DNA of 64,000 nt from NCBI GenBank assembly GCA_950097015.1, contig CATNEN010000010.1, forward strand, positions 930,001 to 994,000. The letters are read 5' to 3'. Source of the DNA: Macrostomum hystrix (lineage: Eukaryota > Animalia > Platyhelminthes). Made by a program: the position numbers and the translations under genes. The notes under the pieces were generated by a model. It was not told the DNA's origin. It saw only the letters and a list, made by a program, of their open reading frames with translations, and searched no databases. Positions within the stretch are counted from its first letter, which is position 1; every line of letters begins with the position of its first letter. Of this stretch, positions 62,852 through 64,000 are shown in pieces.

Positions 62852-64000
62852 GTCAGGCCTGCCTTGTCAGCCGATATGTATAGAAAACAGTTTTTCATTA
62901 GAGTTAACTGTTTCTCGATATTACCCGCCTGGTCATTTTTGTCCGGAAAACAAAAAAAACAAAAAATGGCCTTTCATCCGGTTGAATGTCCGGTGTCGGT
63001 CCGGAATTTCATCCGGAGTAACAGTCCAGTCTGGCTTTGGTCTGACGATAACCGTAGCAAAATCCGGAAGAAAACAGTAAAACCGGATCAGTTGCCTGAC
63101 GAATGGTGCCAGAAATGTCATACTTATTCTAAGCAAGTTCCTGCAACGCATATATATAGGATATAAATATTGTACTTCATATCTGTTGTATGGAGAATAG
63201 TTGCCTCGTATTCCCAATTTTCTGGTACTTGCAGCCAATTTACAATGCATAAGAACATGGAAGATGTTCATGAGAACATCACTGTTTCGTCGTTAGCAAT
63301 GAGCAAAGTGCAAATTAGCACTCTCTGCGCACAAAATTTTTTTTCGTACCAACTGGTACGAACACTCAGGAATGAAAACGTGTTGTGTTTAAATACGATC
63401 GAAAGGTAGAGGCCTCCACATGGCCAGTGCTTTGATATTTATATTCTCCGATTGTCAAATAAGTTAGTTTAGGTACAGGGGTAGCGTGTTGTACATTATT
63501 GGTATTTTATTTCGTTATACATAAGGAGTGATGTACGTGTGCAGTGCATGAGCAATTAAGTTTGGGCGCCAGTGCACAAGGTCGGCACTACAACACGCAA
63601 AACGACTTTCCAGTCAGGGACTTCAGTGGTAATTAAGCTGCGAATAGGGTAGCAGCGCGATTTTAAAAGCCGTCAATACACATGAGCCGACAATATCACG
63701 CACAGGCACACGGGATGCGCTCCAGGTTGTCGCATAGCCGAACGGATTACCCAGAAGCCGGCGCACGTGAGCGAAGTGATAACCGCGCTCTTTTGTCATC
63801 GCACCCACTCGACAAAGCGACTCTAGCGGGTCGAAATAGTCCTCTTCTACGGGCAGTATGTTGACCGTCATCTCCACGTCCTCACCGCCGACATGATAGC
63901 AGCCATGCGTGCCAGTGCTTACTGCGCAGTCGTAGTTTGCGGATCAGGTCACACATTTATTTTTCTGGATTGGCCGAGCCTGTGCAGCTGTAGACTCCAG

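Overview
Eukaryotic (metazoan) genomic DNA with spliceosomal introns, GC-rich Gln/Ala/Ser-rich exons and many intronic minisatellites. It resembles a free-living flatworm such as Macrostomum, but that is inference only. From left to right it contains: (1) one large low-complexity exon of an unidentified minus-strand gene; (2) a complete 5-exon SARM1/TIR-1 orthologue (ARM-SAM-SAM-TIR, 884 aa, minus strand) that keeps the catalytic Glu but has substitutions in the NMN/NAD+ pocket and BB loop; (3) a 3457-bp hAT DNA transposon with perfect 16-bp TIRs and an 8-bp TSD, whose transposase frame is broken by a single in-frame TGA and which carries a nested 249-bp MITE with its own TSD; (4) a NOS1AP/CAPON gene with an intronless CDS and an in-frame uORF; (5) a 4-exon DNAJC22/wurst gene whose introns are filled with minisatellites; (6) a ~19-kb pyrimidine-rich 36/37-bp satellite with higher-order duplications and a G-quadruplex motif in many units, which explains the spurious 6400-aa ORFs; (7) the first coding exon of a probable mitochondrial protein, possibly mL38. 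There is no CRISPR array, tRNA or rRNA that I can support. All homology calls are by-eye comparisons with remembered family sequences, not database searches.
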